A stretch of 11,590 nt of DNA from Bdellovibrionota bacterium FG-2. Lineage in GTDB: Bacteria > Bdellovibrionota > UBA1018. The translations under genes and the position numbers were made by a program. Within the stretch, counting starts at the first letter, position 1. Each line of letters begins with the position of its first letter. Below, one piece after another: positions 1 to 8,142 of this stretch. Under the pieces are notes generated by a model. That model did not search any database, was not told where the DNA came from, and saw only the letters and a list, made by a program, of their open reading frames with translations. The stretch is taken from positions 1-11,590 of the forward strand of contig JBBCAV010000008.1 of NCBI GenBank assembly GCA_051382305.1. Direction: 5' to 3'.

Positions 1-1
1 G

Positions 2-355
2 TTTTCAGGAGGCAGTACGATCAGCACCTACTTGGAGCAGCTTCACGCTCAAAAAGCTGCAGCGACAAAGTTGCGAAAAGATGCGGATCACTTGCGTGCC
101 GAAGTCGAGAATCAGCTCAACCAAATTCGCGCGCTGAAACTTCAGCTGGATTCGCAACAAGTGGCTTTGGCGCAGCATGAAGAGATTGTGCGGTTATCTC
201 AGAAGAGTTATCAGTTGGGCAAAATGAATCTCTCCGAGGTTCTTGCGAGCCAAAATGATCTCTTTGATACGAAAGTGGGATTGATGAAAACACGCCTGGA
301 TCTGGGAGCGGTGGCACGGCAGTGCGCTTGGAACTTAGGAGAATTGCAGCCATGA
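2..355 (+). CDS. TolC-family outer membrane efflux protein, C-terminal fragment (starts upstream of the window)
   Basis: The frame is open from base 2 (FSGGSTISTYLEQ...). It has amphipathic helices and the TolC-like C-terminal pattern 'SYQLGKMNLSEVLASQNDLF...LG'. The TGA at 353-355 overlaps the ATG of the adaptor gene. Confidence 0.85.
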   Translation, partial: FSGGSTISTYLEQLHAQKAAATKLRKDADHLRAEVENQLNQIRALKLQLDSQQVALAQHEEIVRLSQKSYQLGKMNLSEVLASQNDLFDTKVGLMKTRLDLGAVARQCAWNLGELQP

Positions 356-1377
356 GAGATTCTATGAAAAATTCCATGGGAAATCTTGTCGGATTTTTGA
401 GTGCAGTCGCTGTTTTATTTGCTGGATGTTCCAAGCCTGTCACCTTACGTGCCGCCAAAGTCGCGAAGACTAGCGTTGAGGCGTCGGTGACCACGACGAG
501 TGCCGGGACCGTGAGTGCGGATCAACAAGCGGTCTTGGATTTCGGGACAGTGGGGAGGATTTCGCGGATCCATATCAAGACGGGCGATCACGTGATGAGG
601 GGCCAAGAACTTGCGCAGCTGGAAAATGCGGATTTGAAATCTATCTTGGCCGACACCGAGCGGGAAGTGAAGCGCACGGAAGAACTTTTTGCAGCGGGCC
701 TTGTCTCGCAAGCGGCCTTAGATACAGCTCGCAAGGCGCTTGATGTCGCGCGCTCGAATTACGAAAAGACCATCATTCGAGCGCCTTTTGAGGGGGTGGC
801 AACTGAGCTTAATTTGGAGATCGGTGAGTTTGCGCAGGTGGGGTCTGGGACTCTGAAGAAGGCCCCCATTCGCCTTGTGGATCTTAAGCCGAGGCTCATC
901 CACGGCGATGTTGATGAAGTGGATCTGGGGAAGCTCAAGGTGGGAATGGCTGCTCGAGTTAAGATTGCGGCGGCGCGCTCGGAACCTTTTCAAGCCGTGC
1001 TTCAGCGTGTCGTTCCTTTTGTGAGTACGGCAAAAGAACAGGATCGAACTTCAGAAGTGGAGCTGCGGATTCAAGATCATACGCAGGCACTGATTCCGGT
1101 GGGGGCTTCCGCGACGATTGAGATCATTATCGACGCGCGTAGTGGTGTTTTGGCTGTGCCTTCTCGAGCTATCTTGGGCTTTGCAGATAAGCGTTATGTT
1201 TTTCGCGTAATCGGGGATCGCCTTGTGAAAACAGACATCAAGCTTGGGATTGGCAACTATTCTAAGACCGAAGTGCTTTCGGGTTTGAGCGAATCCGACG
1301 TCGTGGTTTTTGCACCCTCTGACTTAGAGTTACGAGAAGGTATGAAAGTGAATGTTGAAGAAGTTCCATGGCTTTGA
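352..1377 (+). CDS. Efflux periplasmic adaptor (MacA/HlyD-like membrane fusion protein), predicted lipoprotein
   Basis: The start is best placed at ATG 352: ATGA overlap with the upstream stop, AGGAGA at 337-342. Lipobox LFAG-C. Lipoyl half-motifs 'GRISRIHIKTGDHVMRGQELAQL' and 'IRAPFEGVAT'. Beta-barrel 'VDEVDLGKLKVGMAARV'. Membrane-proximal 'VLAVPSRAI' and 'EVLSGLSESDVVV'. Confidence 0.93.
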   Translation: MRDSMKNSMGNLVGFLSAVAVLFAGCSKPVTLRAAKVAKTSVEASVTTTSAGTVSADQQAVLDFGTVGRISRIHIKTGDHVMRGQELAQLENADLKSILADTEREVKRTEELFAAGLVSQAALDTARKALDVARSNYEKTIIRAPFEGVATELNLEIGEFAQVGSGTLKKAPIRLVDLKPRLIHGDVDEVDLGKLKVGMAARVKIAAARSEPFQAVLQRVVPFVSTAKEQDRTSEVELRIQDHTQALIPVGASATIEIIIDARSGVLAVPSRAILGFADKRYVFRVIGDRLVKTDIKLGIGNYSKTEVLSGLSESDVVVFAPSDLELREGMKVNVEEVPWL

Positions 1378-2069
1378 TTGAGATTTCGCAAGTTACAAAG
1401 ACCTTTACAATGGGCCATGAACAAATTCATGCGCTTCACGAGGTGTCGTTTCAAATCAAAGAAGGCGAGTTCGTTTCCATTATTGGCCCCTCGGGCAGTG
1501 GGAAATCGACACTTATGAATATTTTGGGCATCTTGGACAGTCCTACCACGGGGTCGTTTCGTCTGGATGGCCGTGATGTGAGCAGACTCTCTGATGATGA
1601 ACGCGCGCAGCAGAGAAACCAAAAAATCGGCTTCGTCTTTCAGACCTTCAACCTTCTACCGCGAGTCTCTGCTGTTCGCAACGTCGAGATGCCGCTGGTG
1701 TATTCGGCCAGTTATGATCGCGGTTTTTCCAAGGCAAAAATGCGCGAAATGGCAGTTCGCGCGCTTACGCGGGTGGGGTTGGCGGATCGGATAACTCATC
1801 GGCCCAATGAGTTATCGGGGGGGCAACGTCAACGTGTTGCGATTGCTCGTGCCCTAGTGAATGAGCCAAAGATATTATTTGCCGATGAACCCACGGGTAA
1901 TTTGGATTCACGTTCAGGTACGGAGATCTTAGCGCTGTTCAAGGATCTCAACGCTCACGGGGTTACGGTGATTTTGGTTACTCACGATCCTAAAATTGCA
2001 TCTTTCGCGAAACGAACCATCGAGCTTTTTGATGGCAAGATAAGTCGAGACTCTTATGCCGCTGACTGA
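1368..2069 (+). CDS. ABC transporter ATP-binding protein, MacB/LolD-like
   Basis: Walker A GPSGSGKST, Q-loop GFVFQTFNLL, signature LSGGQRQR, Walker B/D-loop ILFADEPTGNLD, H-loop VTHD. Confidence 0.97.
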   Translation: MALIEISQVTKTFTMGHEQIHALHEVSFQIKEGEFVSIIGPSGSGKSTLMNILGILDSPTTGSFRLDGRDVSRLSDDERAQQRNQKIGFVFQTFNLLPRVSAVRNVEMPLVYSASYDRGFSKAKMREMAVRALTRVGLADRITHRPNELSGGQRQRVAIARALVNEPKILFADEPTGNLDSRSGTEILALFKDLNAHGVTVILVTHDPKIASFAKRTIELFDGKISRDSYAAD

Positions 2070-3261
2070 AGTTCTTTTGCTTGCCCTGGAGTCGTTTCGC
2101 GGGAATAAAATGCGCTCGGGACTCACGATGCTCGGGATGATCATTGGTGTTGGTGCGGTCGTTCTACTCGTCTCGATTGGTAACGGTGCGAAGAATTATA
2201 TTACTCATGAATTTGAGGGGATGGGCACGAACCTTCTGGTCGTGCAACCAGGGCGCACGGATAAGAAGATGGGCTTAGGTCCTCCCATGGGGAGCGCGAA
2301 AGAAAAACTGACTTTGGGCGACGTTGAAGCGCTGGAGCGCCAAAGCTTTAATTTGGATGCAGTTACCGGAATTCTCTTTGGTGCTGGTACCGTCAAGTTT
2401 GAGGATCGCACCGTCAATATCAATGTCTTGGGTGCAAATGATAAACTCACCAAAATATTGAACATTAGTATCGGGCAGGGCACCTTCTTTAGTGCGGATA
2501 TTGAGTATGGCCGACGCGTGGTGGTATTGGGGTTTGAAGTCGCGCGCAGGCTTTTTGGTGATGCCGACCCTTTGGGAAAGTTAGTGAAAATAAATGATAG
2601 CGAGCATCGGGTTATTGGAGTGACCCATAAGACGGGCCAAAGTCTGGGCCTAAATTTGGATGATATTGCTTTTATTCCAACTTTGAGTGCGATGCGGATT
2701 TTTAATGAAGACAAATTGTTTGGGATTCGGGCCCGCGCCAAAGCCAAAGTGAGTGTGGATGATGCCGTCGCTGAAATGACGGAGATTCTCAAGGTGCGTC
2801 ATCGAGGTGAAGAAGATTTCACGATTGTAACTCAGTATTCAATGCTTCAAACGATGAATACGATCTTAGGGATGCTCACGTTTGTTTTGGGGGGCATTGC
2901 GATGATCTCGATGGTGGTCGGTGGAATTGGGATCATGAACATCATGCTTGTGAGTGTGACCGAACGGACCCGCGAGATTGGAATTCGGCGTGCGGTTGGC
3001 GCTCGCAGGAAAGATGTGCTTCGGCAGTTTATTGTGGAGGCAATTGCGTTGTCACTTGTTGGAGGAATGATTGGACTCTTAGGTTCGGTTACTATCACTT
3101 ATATTGTATACTGGTTTGTGCCCCGTTTTGACATGCGGGCGCCCCTGTGGGTGATGTGGCCTGCGTTTTTACTTTCGATGGGTACGGGCGTGATTTTTGG
3201 GGTGTGGCCCGCGCGCAAGGCGGCGCGCATTGAGACGATCGAAGCGTTAAGATACGAGTGA
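2056..3261 (+). CDS. ABC transporter permease, MacB/FtsX family
   Basis: N-terminal 'NKMRSGLTMLGMIIGVGAVV', a periplasmic domain, the hallmark 'GGIGIMNIMLVSVTERTREIGIRRAVGA', and C-terminal 'PARKAARIETIEALRYE'. Confidence 0.97.
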   Translation: MPLTEVLLLALESFRGNKMRSGLTMLGMIIGVGAVVLLVSIGNGAKNYITHEFEGMGTNLLVVQPGRTDKKMGLGPPMGSAKEKLTLGDVEALERQSFNLDAVTGILFGAGTVKFEDRTVNINVLGANDKLTKILNISIGQGTFFSADIEYGRRVVVLGFEVARRLFGDADPLGKLVKINDSEHRVIGVTHKTGQSLGLNLDDIAFIPTLSAMRIFNEDKLFGIRARAKAKVSVDDAVAEMTEILKVRHRGEEDFTIVTQYSMLQTMNTILGMLTFVLGGIAMISMVVGGIGIMNIMLVSVTERTREIGIRRAVGARRKDVLRQFIVEAIALSLVGGMIGLLGSVTITYIVYWFVPRFDMRAPLWVMWPAFLLSMGTGVIFGVWPARKAARIETIEALRYE

Positions 3262-3262
3262 T

Positions 3263-3970
3263 TTAATAATATTTCTCTTGGTGGATTGCGCTTTTCTCTA
3301 CGCCTTTTTCATCAAGAATACTCTTGATCTCTTGAATCATTGCGCCGTTTCCACAGATGAAATATTCGGATTTTTTCCATGGGAAATCTTGGCCTAGCGT
3401 TCGCAAGTAGTCCGTCACGCGGCCTCGGTATCCGTCCCACTGATCGCCGGGTTGCGAAACGGTGGGAATCCACTCGACGGTGGCCAGTGCACAGAGTTCT
3501 TTGACATAGAGAAGTTCGGATTCATGGCGAACCCCAAAAATGCAAACGGCCTTGGCAGGGGCATTGTCTGAATACTGTTTGGAGAGCAGCATGGAGCGGA
3601 TGGGAGCGATGCCAGTTCCGGTTCCAATAAAGACCGGGGTTCGCTCGAGATGGGGCCTAAAGACAAAATCCCCATAGGGGGCGACGGCCTTGAAAACATC
3701 GCCGGGGCGAAGTTTTGCCAGATAGCCAGAGCCTGGACCTTCTTCGACGACCTTGACACAGAGTTCGATCAGGTCAAATTCGGGAGGAGAGGCGATGCTA
3801 TAGCCCCGCCTCAAACTTCGGCCTCCAGGCCCAGCGTCAGGGATGACGACGCTCGCAAACTGGCCTGCGAGGAAGGGAATGGGGCGATCGGCTGAAAATG
3901 TGAGCTCGAACACCGTAGGGGTAAGCATACGAAAACCTTGGACAGTACATTGAAATTCAGATGCGGCCAT
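3263..3970 (-). CDS. FAD/NAD(P)-binding oxidoreductase, ferredoxin-NADP+ reductase (FNR) superfamily, without a 2Fe-2S domain
   Basis: FAD motif RGYSIAS (RxYS), GPGSGYL, NAD(P) motif GTGTGIAP, ICGNGAMI, and an aromatic C-terminus EKYY. Confidence 0.92.
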   Translation of the reverse strand: MAASEFQCTVQGFRMLTPTVFELTFSADRPIPFLAGQFASVVIPDAGPGGRSLRRGYSIASPPEFDLIELCVKVVEEGPGSGYLAKLRPGDVFKAVAPYGDFVFRPHLERTPVFIGTGTGIAPIRSMLLSKQYSDNAPAKAVCIFGVRHESELLYVKELCALATVEWIPTVSQPGDQWDGYRGRVTDYLRTLGQDFPWKKSEYFICGNGAMIQEIKSILDEKGVEKSAIHQEKYY

Positions 3971-3979
3971 AGCGTCTTG

Positions 3980-4008
3980 ATAATAACTGATAATGGTGTT
4001 TGACGCTA
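3980..4008 (-). promoter_or_regulatory. Putative sigma70-type promoter of the oxidoreductase
   Basis: On the minus strand: TAGCGT (4008-4003), 17 nt, TATTAT (3985-3980), then 9 nt to the ATG at 3970. Pattern match only. Confidence 0.35.
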
Positions 4009-4028
4009 CCCCCTCTTTTGGTTAAGAA
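4000..4028 (+). promoter_or_regulatory. Putative sigma70-type promoter of tatA
   Basis: TTGACG (4000-4005), 17 nt, TAAGAA (4023-4028), then 6 nt to the ATG at 4035. Pattern match only. Confidence 0.4.
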
Positions 4029-4034
4029 ATGTCC

Positions 4035-4217
4035 ATGTTTGGCTTAAGTCTTGGTCATTTGATTGTGGTCGCGGTGGTGATTTTGCTGTTCGGTAGTCGA
4101 AGGCTACCAGAGCTTGGGCATGCTTTGGGTAAAGGGATCGGAGCTTTCAAGCGAGGACTTGAGGGCAAGGGTGTCGATGACGAGGACCCTACCAAGCGTT
4201 TACCTCCGCAGGCTTAG
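4035..4217 (+). CDS. tatA: Twin-arginine translocase TatA/TatE family subunit (alternative start at 4029)
   Basis: MFGLSLGHLIVVAVVILLFGSRRLPELGHALGKGIGAFKRGL: TM helix, FG hinge, LP, and an amphipathic helix ending FK, followed by a charged tail. Confidence 0.95.
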   Translation: MFGLSLGHLIVVAVVILLFGSRRLPELGHALGKGIGAFKRGLEGKGVDDEDPTKRLPPQA

Positions 4218-4229
4218 AGAACTATCATT

Positions 4230-5717
4230 TTACGGTTTTTTGATCGTGAAGGATAGGGGTTTTGAGAAATCACTTTTCACGCCCTGAGCGATGCCTTGTA
4301 CTCGCCACCAATAGTGGCGTATTTCGGGTGAAGTGAAGACGTAGAAGTTCTCTTTCTGCTCTTTGTGCAGAATGATTTTCTTAAACTCTGAATCCCCGGA
4401 AATTTCTAAAACATAACTCCCGGTGAAGTTCGTTTTTTGCCAAGTGAGGAGGGCTCGATTCGCGAGCTCGGCTTTGTCACGAGGCTGGGTTAGCATCGGG
4501 GGTAAGAAAGTAAAAGTGAACTCCTTCTTGGGAGATTGGACGATAAACCCATTTTCAAGCTTTGCTTCAATAGAGTAGAAGACTGTACCTAGAAGAATTT
4601 TGTTTTTGTTGAATTCATAGCGCGTGGCTTTGGTCTTCTTCTCTATCAAAATTTGGTTTTCGCCATTTGAAACGCGAATGACGTACTCTTTAGCTTCTTT
4701 ATAGGGGTTCCAGCGGAAAGTTAGATCGAAGCTTTTGAGGCGATTGCCTTGAATGCGATTCGACCTCGCAACCGTGCCTCCGACGAGGGGTTCCTGAAGC
4801 TGAATTCCTTCAAACTGAGGTTCGATGCTAAAGCGTCCCTGTGCCGACTCGTTTCCACCTTTGCCTGTGTCATGAGCGCGATCCACTTCCCATTCGTAGA
4901 TCCCCGGATTGTGCGCGATCCAGAGCTTGGCGCCTTTGCCTGCTTGGGTCTTGATTGCTTCTCGGAAGAGCTCTTGTTTTGAGCTGCCCTCAATTCGAAC
5001 CAAGGAAATCTCAAGAGGAGTCTGAACGGGGCTAACGGAAAAGCTGAGCTCCACGTTTTTTTCAGGCTTGAGGCTCCCTGGCTCAATTTTAAGTATTTGG
5101 CCGTCAGAAGGAGTTAAAAGCGTGATCTGAACGGGTATAGCCGAAGGGGAGGGTGCGGGAATGGGCGAAGGAATGGGTCGAGGTGAAACTTTGGGGACCA
5201 TCGGAGAAGGGGGCGCAACTTGAATGACCTCTTTTTGATTCTTGTCGATGGCGATGTCTTTCTCACGCGATCTTAAGATGATTTTCTTGGTCTTCGATTC
5301 ACCGCTTACTCGTCCGCTAATGACTTGGATGATGGAGTCACGCGAAATGCCTGTCAATGAGAAGCGTGATTCAAAGGCGAGTCGAATCATGGTGTTCGAA
5401 TCCAAGGAGATTGTGCTTTGATCATCCAGTACAAGCTTTGTGCGTGACTCAGGGCCTGTGACAACGGTGTCATTATTGAAAAGAACGGATTGCGGCTCAA
5501 TACTCTTGAACTCCGCTTCGCCGGTGACTTGGCGTCTGAGTTTTCCTGCTTTTTCTCCGACAATACCTACGCGTTCCTGTGACTCATCATCCTTCATGCC
5601 TAAGAAAAGCGCTCGCAATGAGACATCAGAAAAATAGAGGAAACTGGCTCCGCCCAAGAGTGTGAGCCCTATAAAAATGAGCAGGATTTCCCATTTTCTA
5701 AATTCCAAGGAACGCAT
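4230..5717 (-). CDS. Membrane-anchored FecR-domain protein with Pro-rich linker and Ig/FnIII-like C-terminal domains
   Basis: One N-terminal TM segment. FecR-like 'LFNNDTVVTGPESRTKLVLDDQSTISLDSNTMIRL...IQVISGRV'. Linker PPSPMVPKVSPRPIPSPIPAPSPS. Beta-rich repeats such as 'FRWNPYKEAKEYVIRVS' and 'LTWQKTNFTGSYVLEISGDSEF...YWWRVQG'. Confidence 0.78.
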   Translation of the reverse strand: MRSLEFRKWEILLIFIGLTLLGGASFLYFSDVSLRALFLGMKDDESQERVGIVGEKAGKLRRQVTGEAEFKSIEPQSVLFNNDTVVTGPESRTKLVLDDQSTISLDSNTMIRLAFESRFSLTGISRDSIIQVISGRVSGESKTKKIILRSREKDIAIDKNQKEVIQVAPPSPMVPKVSPRPIPSPIPAPSPSAIPVQITLLTPSDGQILKIEPGSLKPEKNVELSFSVSPVQTPLEISLVRIEGSSKQELFREAIKTQAGKGAKLWIAHNPGIYEWEVDRAHDTGKGGNESAQGRFSIEPQFEGIQLQEPLVGGTVARSNRIQGNRLKSFDLTFRWNPYKEAKEYVIRVSNGENQILIEKKTKATRYEFNKNKILLGTVFYSIEAKLENGFIVQSPKKEFTFTFLPPMLTQPRDKAELANRALLTWQKTNFTGSYVLEISGDSEFKKIILHKEQKENFYVFTSPEIRHYWWRVQGIAQGVKSDFSKPLSFTIKKP

Positions 5718-5720
5718 GGT

Positions 5721-7607
5721 TTAAGCCGTCCACTCTTTTCCCGGAAATAGGGTCGCCGCAACGAGCGTGACGTCGTCGTCTAGGGGCTTACCTGTGTTGT
5801 ATTCCATGAAATCCTTCATGAGGGATTCGATGACTTTTTCGGGTCCGAGCGGGAGGGACGCCTCCACGAGTTTGCGAGTTCTTTTTTTTCCAAACTGGTC
5901 ACCCTCTAGGTTTTTCCCCTCCAGAATGCCGTCAGTATAAAGAAAGAAGATATCTCCCTCTGCAATCGGCACAGTCTTCTCTTCAAAATCGATCGCTTCT
6001 TTGTTCTCGCCTAATCGATTGCCCATCGAGGTCATGCTCTTGAGTGCAAAAGCACCTCCCTCCTTCTTAAAGAGCCAAGGGGGGTTGTGACCGGCACTGG
6101 AATAGTTGAGTGTTTTTTGCTTGAAGTCCAAAACGCCGATGAAAAAAGTCATCATGATTTTGGAAAGCGAGGCATCGTATATCACGCGATTTGCAAAAGA
6201 GAGCATCGAACTGGGAGAGTAACTGAAATCGGGGTCTTCTTGCGCAAGCTTATGCATCATACTTACACAGCCACGGGCAGAGGCCGTAATGAGGGCACTT
6301 GAAAGACCATGCCCCGTCACGTCTGCAATCATGAGAACAAGTTTGTCGTCCACGCCGAAAAACCCCCACCAATCGCCGCTGCATTCGGCAGCAGGTTGGT
6401 AGTGTGAGTGAATGAGAATGTTGTCGTTGCGAAAATAGGAAGGGGGAATCAACGTTTGCTGTACGGTGGAGGCGATTGCCATTTCATTCTCTAAGCGGAC
6501 TTTTTCTTCGCGCTCATGAATCAGGTTGTTGATCTCTTTGGACATTGAGTTGAAAGAGTGAGTGAGTGCACCAATTTCATCTTTGCTCTTGCTCTTGAGA
6601 CTGAGGTTAAAGTTCCCCTTAGCGACTTCCTTGGTGGCTTCATAAAGTCGATAGATAGGGGCGGTCAGGCTTTTGGAGAAGAAGATCGCAAACAGGATAG
6701 CCGCGCCAATGGCCATCAGACCTAAGAGGATAAACTTCTCGGTCATGGTATAGGTCGCGCGCATGGCTTTTTGCCACTCGGTACGGGTGAGCACCAATAG
6801 ATCAAGACCGGGTTGAACGTAGCTTCCTAAATAGTGGGTGTTGGCGAAATCATACTCGAGGGCTCCTGCAGTGACACGAGAGCCAAGCGAGGATTGAAGC
6901 AATGGGTCATCCAAAATGTTTTTACGAGCAAACGTGACCGCGGGGTCGCTGTCGTAAAGAACCCAGCCGGTGTCAGTCGTAATGGTAAGGTTGAGTCGTC
7001 CTAGTTCGTTTGCAAAATCCGCAAGGGGCACAAAGCCGATGGCGAGCGGCATACCGGCCGCGTTATCTTTGAGATTCATGTCGGCGACGAGGACTCCAAG
7101 GCCTATGTTTGCGCCCGTCTTGGATAGATTCAGGAAGGCAAAACCCTGTGTCATGATTTTGGGAAGCACGGTCTGTAACCACTCTGGTTCGAGATCAAAA
7201 CTCAGGGTCTCGCCTTTGGATGTTTCCTTGAGTGCGTCGGTGAAAGGGGTGGTTTTGCCGGTTTTCTTGTCGATATAGACAATGCGAAGGCCTGCGATGT
7301 CGGACTGATTTGAGACTAACGAACGCAGTGCAGTTTGGTTTTCCTTGGTAACGGGCTTTCGCGGGTCTACGGTCGTGAGGGAGAGTCTCACAGTGTCAAG
7401 CGCATGGCGCATGCGATTGACAAACTCTCTGCCGGCCAGCGCGGCTTGGGAACTTTGCGCTTGATAAATGTAAGCGCGCTTATCTTCTTTAATGAGCAAG
7501 ATCGTGGAAACATTCAAAAAGACAATGACACCTGTGAGCAGCAAAACAACGCTAACCAGAAGTTTTGTCCCAATTGGACGAGAGATTTTAAATTGCTGTT
7601 GATCCAC
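5721..7607 (-). CDS. Membrane-bound SpoIIE/RsbU-family PP2C phosphatase with periplasmic (Cache-like) sensor and HAMP domain
   Basis: Two TM segments flank a periplasmic region. HAMP 'LTAPIYRLYEATKEVAKGNF...DEIGALTHSFNSM'. Linker 'LENEMAIASTVQQTLIP'. PP2C motifs SGDWW, IADVTGHG, SAGHNPP, YTDG, DDDVT. GTG start. Confidence 0.95.
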   Translation of the reverse strand: MDQQQFKISRPIGTKLLVSVVLLLTGVIVFLNVSTILLIKEDKRAYIYQAQSSQAALAGREFVNRMRHALDTVRLSLTTVDPRKPVTKENQTALRSLVSNQSDIAGLRIVYIDKKTGKTTPFTDALKETSKGETLSFDLEPEWLQTVLPKIMTQGFAFLNLSKTGANIGLGVLVADMNLKDNAAGMPLAIGFVPLADFANELGRLNLTITTDTGWVLYDSDPAVTFARKNILDDPLLQSSLGSRVTAGALEYDFANTHYLGSYVQPGLDLLVLTRTEWQKAMRATYTMTEKFILLGLMAIGAAILFAIFFSKSLTAPIYRLYEATKEVAKGNFNLSLKSKSKDEIGALTHSFNSMSKEINNLIHEREEKVRLENEMAIASTVQQTLIPPSYFRNDNILIHSHYQPAAECSGDWWGFFGVDDKLVLMIADVTGHGLSSALITASARGCVSMMHKLAQEDPDFSYSPSSMLSFANRVIYDASLSKIMMTFFIGVLDFKQKTLNYSSAGHNPPWLFKKEGGAFALKSMTSMGNRLGENKEAIDFEEKTVPIAEGDIFFLYTDGILEGKNLEGDQFGKKRTRKLVEASLPLGPEKVIESLMKDFMEYNTGKPLDDDVTLVAATLFPGKEWTA

Positions 7608-7613
7608 GGCTCT

Positions 7614-7642
7614 ATTTTCACTAACATTTAATGATATTTCAA
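7614..7642 (-). promoter_or_regulatory. Putative sigma70-type promoter of the phosphatase-FecR pair
   Basis: On the minus strand: TTGAAA (7642-7637), 17 nt, GAAAAT (7619-7614), then 6 nt to the GTG at 7607. The -10 element is imperfect. Confidence 0.3.
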
Positions 7643-7671
7643 CTCTTTAGAAAAGAAACTGGAGGCCCCCC

Positions 7672-8136
7672 TTGGTAAATGTGACAAAAGAGCAAAAAGG
7701 CAATGTTTTGGTCGTTCGAATTGTAGGCTCAATTGAGGAAAGCGTGAATTTTGACCAATTGATTGGCCCTCCGCCTGCAGAGCTTCATGTCGTCTGTAAA
7801 GAGATTCCAAGAATCAACTCTGTGGGTGTTAAGACCTGGATTAAATACTTTCAGCAGGCTCAGCAAAAAGGCACTCAGATCAGATTCCTGGAATGCTCGA
7901 CTGCGATTGTCGAGCAGATCAATTTGATTTCCAACTTTGTTTGTGGTGGGGTTGTGGAGTCTATTTTCGTGCCTTTTTCTTGTACCACTTGTAAAAGCGA
8001 ACTTGCGGGTCTTTTCAAGACCGAGGATTTGAAGAAGCTCCAGCTCAAGGTTCCGGAACTGAAGTGCACTAAGTGTGGCGGGAAGGCCGTTTTTGACGAT
8101 ATTCCTGAGGAATATTTTGGGTTTCTGGCCAGATAA
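7672..8136 (+). CDS. STAS-like (anti-anti-sigma/RsbV-like) protein with C-terminal CxxC...CxxC zinc ribbon
   Basis: GGAGG at 7661-7665 precedes a TTG start. STAS-like 'VLVVRIVGSIEE' and 'IPRINSVGVKTW' (compare the DSSG phospho-Ser motif). C104xxC107 and C132xxC135. Confidence 0.78.
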   Translation: MVNVTKEQKGNVLVVRIVGSIEESVNFDQLIGPPPAELHVVCKEIPRINSVGVKTWIKYFQQAQQKGTQIRFLECSTAIVEQINLISNFVCGGVVESIFVPFSCTTCKSELAGLFKTEDLKKLQLKVPELKCTKCGGKAVFDDIPEEYFGFLAR

Positions 8137-8142
8137 AGTTCA

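Noticed and set aside
322-351. ORF-track GTG start for the adaptor
   Set aside because: ATG 352 has an SD and an ATGA coupling with the upstream stop. The extension would overlap the TolC gene.
117-1622. Several short minus-strand ORFs (117-494, 445-711, 718-993, 1257-1622)
   Set aside because: They are shadows of the efflux operon and have no protein-like features.
2205-2792. 195-aa antisense ORF inside the permease
   Set aside because: It lies fully opposite a well-supported gene and has no motifs. It is a typical shadow ORF.
5130-5215. G-rich quasi-repeat on the plus strand
   Set aside because: It is explained by the Pro-rich linker codons of the minus-strand FecR protein and is not a DNA repeat or array.
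3263-5717. Idea that tatA's neighbours are dedicated Tat substrates
   Set aside because: Neither the oxidoreductase nor the FecR protein has an N-terminal S/T-R-R-x-F-L-K signal, and tatB/tatC are not in the window.
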